From Oculina patagonica (lineage: Eukaryota), in contig NC_135769.1 in the NCBI RefSeq assembly GCF_052425735.1, positions 1-64,000 on the forward strand: 64,000 bases of DNA, in the 5' to 3' direction. Numbering within the stretch: position 1 is the first letter of the stretch; each line of letters opens with the position of its first letter. Below are positions 60,802-64,000 of the stretch, piece after piece. The translations under genes were made by a program, and so were the position numbers. The notes under the pieces are model-generated. The model did not search any database and was not told the origin of the DNA. It saw only the letters and a program-made list of their open reading frames with translations.

Positions 60802-62224
60802 TATGCCCGCTTTATGACATTCACTTTAATTGTTCGGATTTGGGAGAAGCTCATATTGTGGATACAATGCAACCGCAAAAGACAGCTTATCTCTGCTAAC
60901 CGTTCCAAAGTCATTACGTCCACTACATTGATCATCAGGCCATTAATTTGGGAATGCATCACTTTAAGTCACTTAGCGTGCACTTATACTACCGCTACCA
61001 TAAAACAGTTAAGTTTAAATAGCCTGTCATCCATCAATATGGCAAGTGCCGCCAGTAAAAAGGACGTGAGAGAGAAAGATAACTGTAAGTTTCGCACAGG
61101 ACACGTACGAGAAAATGCGATACCATTACTGTGACTCTGTTTGAACAATGTGCATCCTTTGGCTCAAATTTGTTGGAGGGCAGTTAAGAGTTAACAGTTT
61201 CATACACATGACGTTATGATCATTTTTGCTAATACTTTCAGTTAGTGCCAAAACTAACCCAGTTTTCTTAAATTGCCCTCCCAAGTAAGAACGCTTCAAT
61301 TGTCGTCATCAGTTAGAACATGTTAAAATGTTTCAAACTGATTTACTCGCGGTTCCTTCATACACAAAAGAAACTGTAAAAACGCCATTCGTTAAGCCTT
61401 GTCGATTTACAAATTTGACTAGAAGTTTTAGTATAATACAGAGTTGTTATAAAGCTTTTCTTTCATGGGCCAACTACAGCGCAAATTGTTTCTTAGCTTC
61501 CTATTCAAAGTGTTCTCAGGTGTGGAAATTGAGCGAAAATGTTATGACAATAACGCATAAAACGAGATAGATAATTGCATCCTTCAGACTAGCCTCTTTT
61601 GTTTTCGTGTCAAGCTCCTTTAATTTCGACAAATTAAACATAATTAACATAATAATGGTACTGGCTAAGATAGAAACAAGACAAGACATGTTTTCAAGGA
61701 GTTGAATTTTTAGAAGCGTTTCGCCTTCGGCCATTTTTGTCTTTTGTCGTCTTAAAGTACCCTGAATGTTAACGGCCGGTTTGGTCTCATCGGTTAAGCT
61801 TACGATAAGAAAACCGGCTCCTTACTCTGCCGTGTTGGATAGCAAACAAGCTCAGACAGTTACCAATTGTGATTCTTTTTACAAAATAATTTATTACATT
61901 CCAACATTGTTAGATAACAAAAAACATCCTCGCTGTTTACTTTCTGCGACGATTTTCAACAAAGGAGTTGCAAACTAAAACTACAGAGCGACAGAAAATC
62001 TGTCTTACTCTTGCTATGAGTTTTTGACATTGGTATTTCAATAAATTAATATTCATTTTTTCACAGTTCTTTAAAATCAATCTAGATCATCAAGGAATCA
62101 AAAATTAAAAAATACTAAAATACAGTTCATATTTCTTTGCAACTGATAAAAATAGTTGTACAAAATGTAGGATTTAAGGAAGTATCACGTATATACAAAT
62201 TTTACAGTAACTAAGCCGGCGCTG

Positions 62225-62875
62225 TCAATCTCGGTGACTCTGTTTTAAGGATGTTAACATATATTTATGGCATTCTAAATGTCCGCTTTCCCACGCTATA
62301 AGCAATGGAGTTCTTCCTTGCTTGTCAACTAAATTAACATTCGCTCCTCTTTGTATAAGCAATTTAACACAGTCTAAACTTCCTTTGGCTGCCGCCTTGT
62401 GAAGAGCGGTCTCTCCAGACGAACTTGGTTTATTAATATACGAAGGTTTTTTATCCAAGAGTTCTTGAAGCTCAAATACTGAGTTCTGGCTTGCAGCAGA
62501 AAGAATCAGTGCGTACATCGAAAATGAAACACGTCTGCAATTTGGAGACGGAGTTGATTGCGAGTTCTGCTCCTCCCGGCGAAGACATGGTTTCACGGGT
62601 ATTACCTCTGTTCTTGTTGGTCGCAGAGTACCGTTATGTTCAACTTTAACAGTTCTTCGAAGAGTGAAATTCTCATTGCTCCTTTCTGCTTTGTTTGCAT
62701 TTTTTAAACGCTGTACCAAGTCACCGCTGAAAAGGAAACTTTCCGAGCATGTTCTTCGGAGACTTGGCCCGTCTTGGGTTCTCTTCCACAGAACTGACAC
62801 GCCATCTTTGAACTTCATAATTCTCGACTTTTTATCTTCAGTGAACAGATTCGTCAGACTGTTTAGCTTCTTCAT
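62225..62875 (-). CDS. Ankyrin-repeat protein with an RVxF motif, PP1 regulatory subunit-like (PPP1R12/PPP1R27-type architecture), 216 aa
   Basis: KPCLRR...RRVSF immediately precedes LSAASQN...GETALHKAAAKGSLDCVKLLIQRGANVNLVDKQGRTPL. Confidence 0.8.
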   Translation of the reverse strand: MKKLNSLTNLFTEDKKSRIMKFKDGVSVLWKRTQDGPSLRRTCSESFLFSGDLVQRLKNANKAERSNENFTLRRTVKVEHNGTLRPTRTEVIPVKPCLRREEQNSQSTPSPNCRRVSFSMYALILSAASQNSVFELQELLDKKPSYINKPSSSGETALHKAAAKGSLDCVKLLIQRGANVNLVDKQGRTPLLIAWESGHLECHKYMLTSLKQSHRD

Positions 62876-64000
62876 GAAGTTTGTTAAACTCTGTCGTGAA
62901 CTTTCCTCCGTTTTACTGCAAGATTAATTACCCACTCCGCGTTGTCACAGATTAAATGAGTTTCCACATGGTGGATTCCTTTGTTCAGAGCGCCTTTTGA
63001 GCTGTTCAAGTCATGCATGATTGTGTGGTCTATTGTTTAACATTCCTTTTTTAGTACATTCAGAGTCACGTCACCTGTCAGCTCTTTTGTGCTAGGTTGT
63101 TCATGCGAGTTCTAAATAGTTCTTTGTTTTCAGACTTCGTCATTTCGCAATAATTGTACAAAATGTTGACATAAGTCACGTAGAAAATGGCCGGTTTGAG
63201 TAAGCAAAAATGCCACGCACTAAGCTGAATTATCCGCAGAAAGAACCAGAAAGGGCGGGTAATTGTGCCTTCATATGCCGCGCAGACGGAAGGAAGTCAT
63301 GATCGGGTGTTTTATAGTGTTCCTAAAGACAGCAATTTCTGTTATGACTTGTTGGGTTTTCGTGGTGCACGAAATAACAATACTGTGTTAATGTGGCATG
63401 TCAACTGGATGGACCACAATAGAATAACTCATGTGTTGCAATACACGTATGTGCTTTCCAGTTCAACAGGCCAATTGTGCAATTTCTCTTTCGCACGACT
63501 ACACTAGCGCTTTGACTTTTACTGACTTTTATGAACACTTTAAGAATAATGAGAACGAACACAGAACAACAAGAAGGCAACTGGTGAGAATAATAATGTA
63601 TTCGAAAAAGGTTGAATAATTAATCACTCCCATTTTATTGGGGTATTTTGGTGGTCTAAGCTAAAATGGTCTCAGACATCACCAGTATTCCTAGATGTTT
63701 CGTGAGTGAGGTTTTAAAGTGTTAAATGCGATTGAGGTCTTTTAACCTGGATTCAATGGTTATTGACGCACCGTTAGTTATTGTCATCAATATTGACTGG
63801 GTGATACGTTAGTTACGTCACCACTGAAGCTGTAGCTGCTCCTTGTCACGGAAGTTTTCATGTACTGGCGTGTTTTTGTTTTCGACTTCAATCGAAATTA
63901 CGTCGATCGACAGAAGCTTATCTCATTCCATTACTTGATAAAGGTTCCTAACACGTTAATTAAGTTGCGTCGTTAGTTCTTTGTTCATCGGCATTTCTGT

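Overview
Eukaryotic, AT-rich animal DNA with spliced genes and three assembly gaps (19084-19286, 37166-37299, 52394-52893). The repeat types and gene families suggest a cnidarian, probably a scleractinian coral (inference). Bases 1-9 kb are a gene-free, possibly subtelomeric patchwork of four satellites (166, ~176, ~170 and ~202 bp), three of which carry TTAGGG-like motifs. This patchwork is interrupted by a piggyBac-type MITE and a 5'-truncated Penelope-like retroelement with an intact minimal hammerhead ribozyme. Genes reconstructed by hand from splice sites: a LicD/fukutin-family phosphotransferase, a myosin regulatory light chain-like protein, a six-exon isopentenyl phosphate kinase (largely missed by the ORF track), three tandem secreted two-domain WSC-like Cys-rich proteins, two small ankyrin proteins (one with an RVxF PP1 motif), a PA14+GT7 B4GALNT3/4-like glycosyltransferase with a convergent partial paralog, and a Xin-like repeat protein. 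The middle WSC-like gene is a chimera of its two neighbours. The last splice donor of the partial glycosyltransferase paralog is amplified into a 61-bp tandem array. Many MITEs with diagnosable TSDs are present. All calls were made by eye; no database searches were run.
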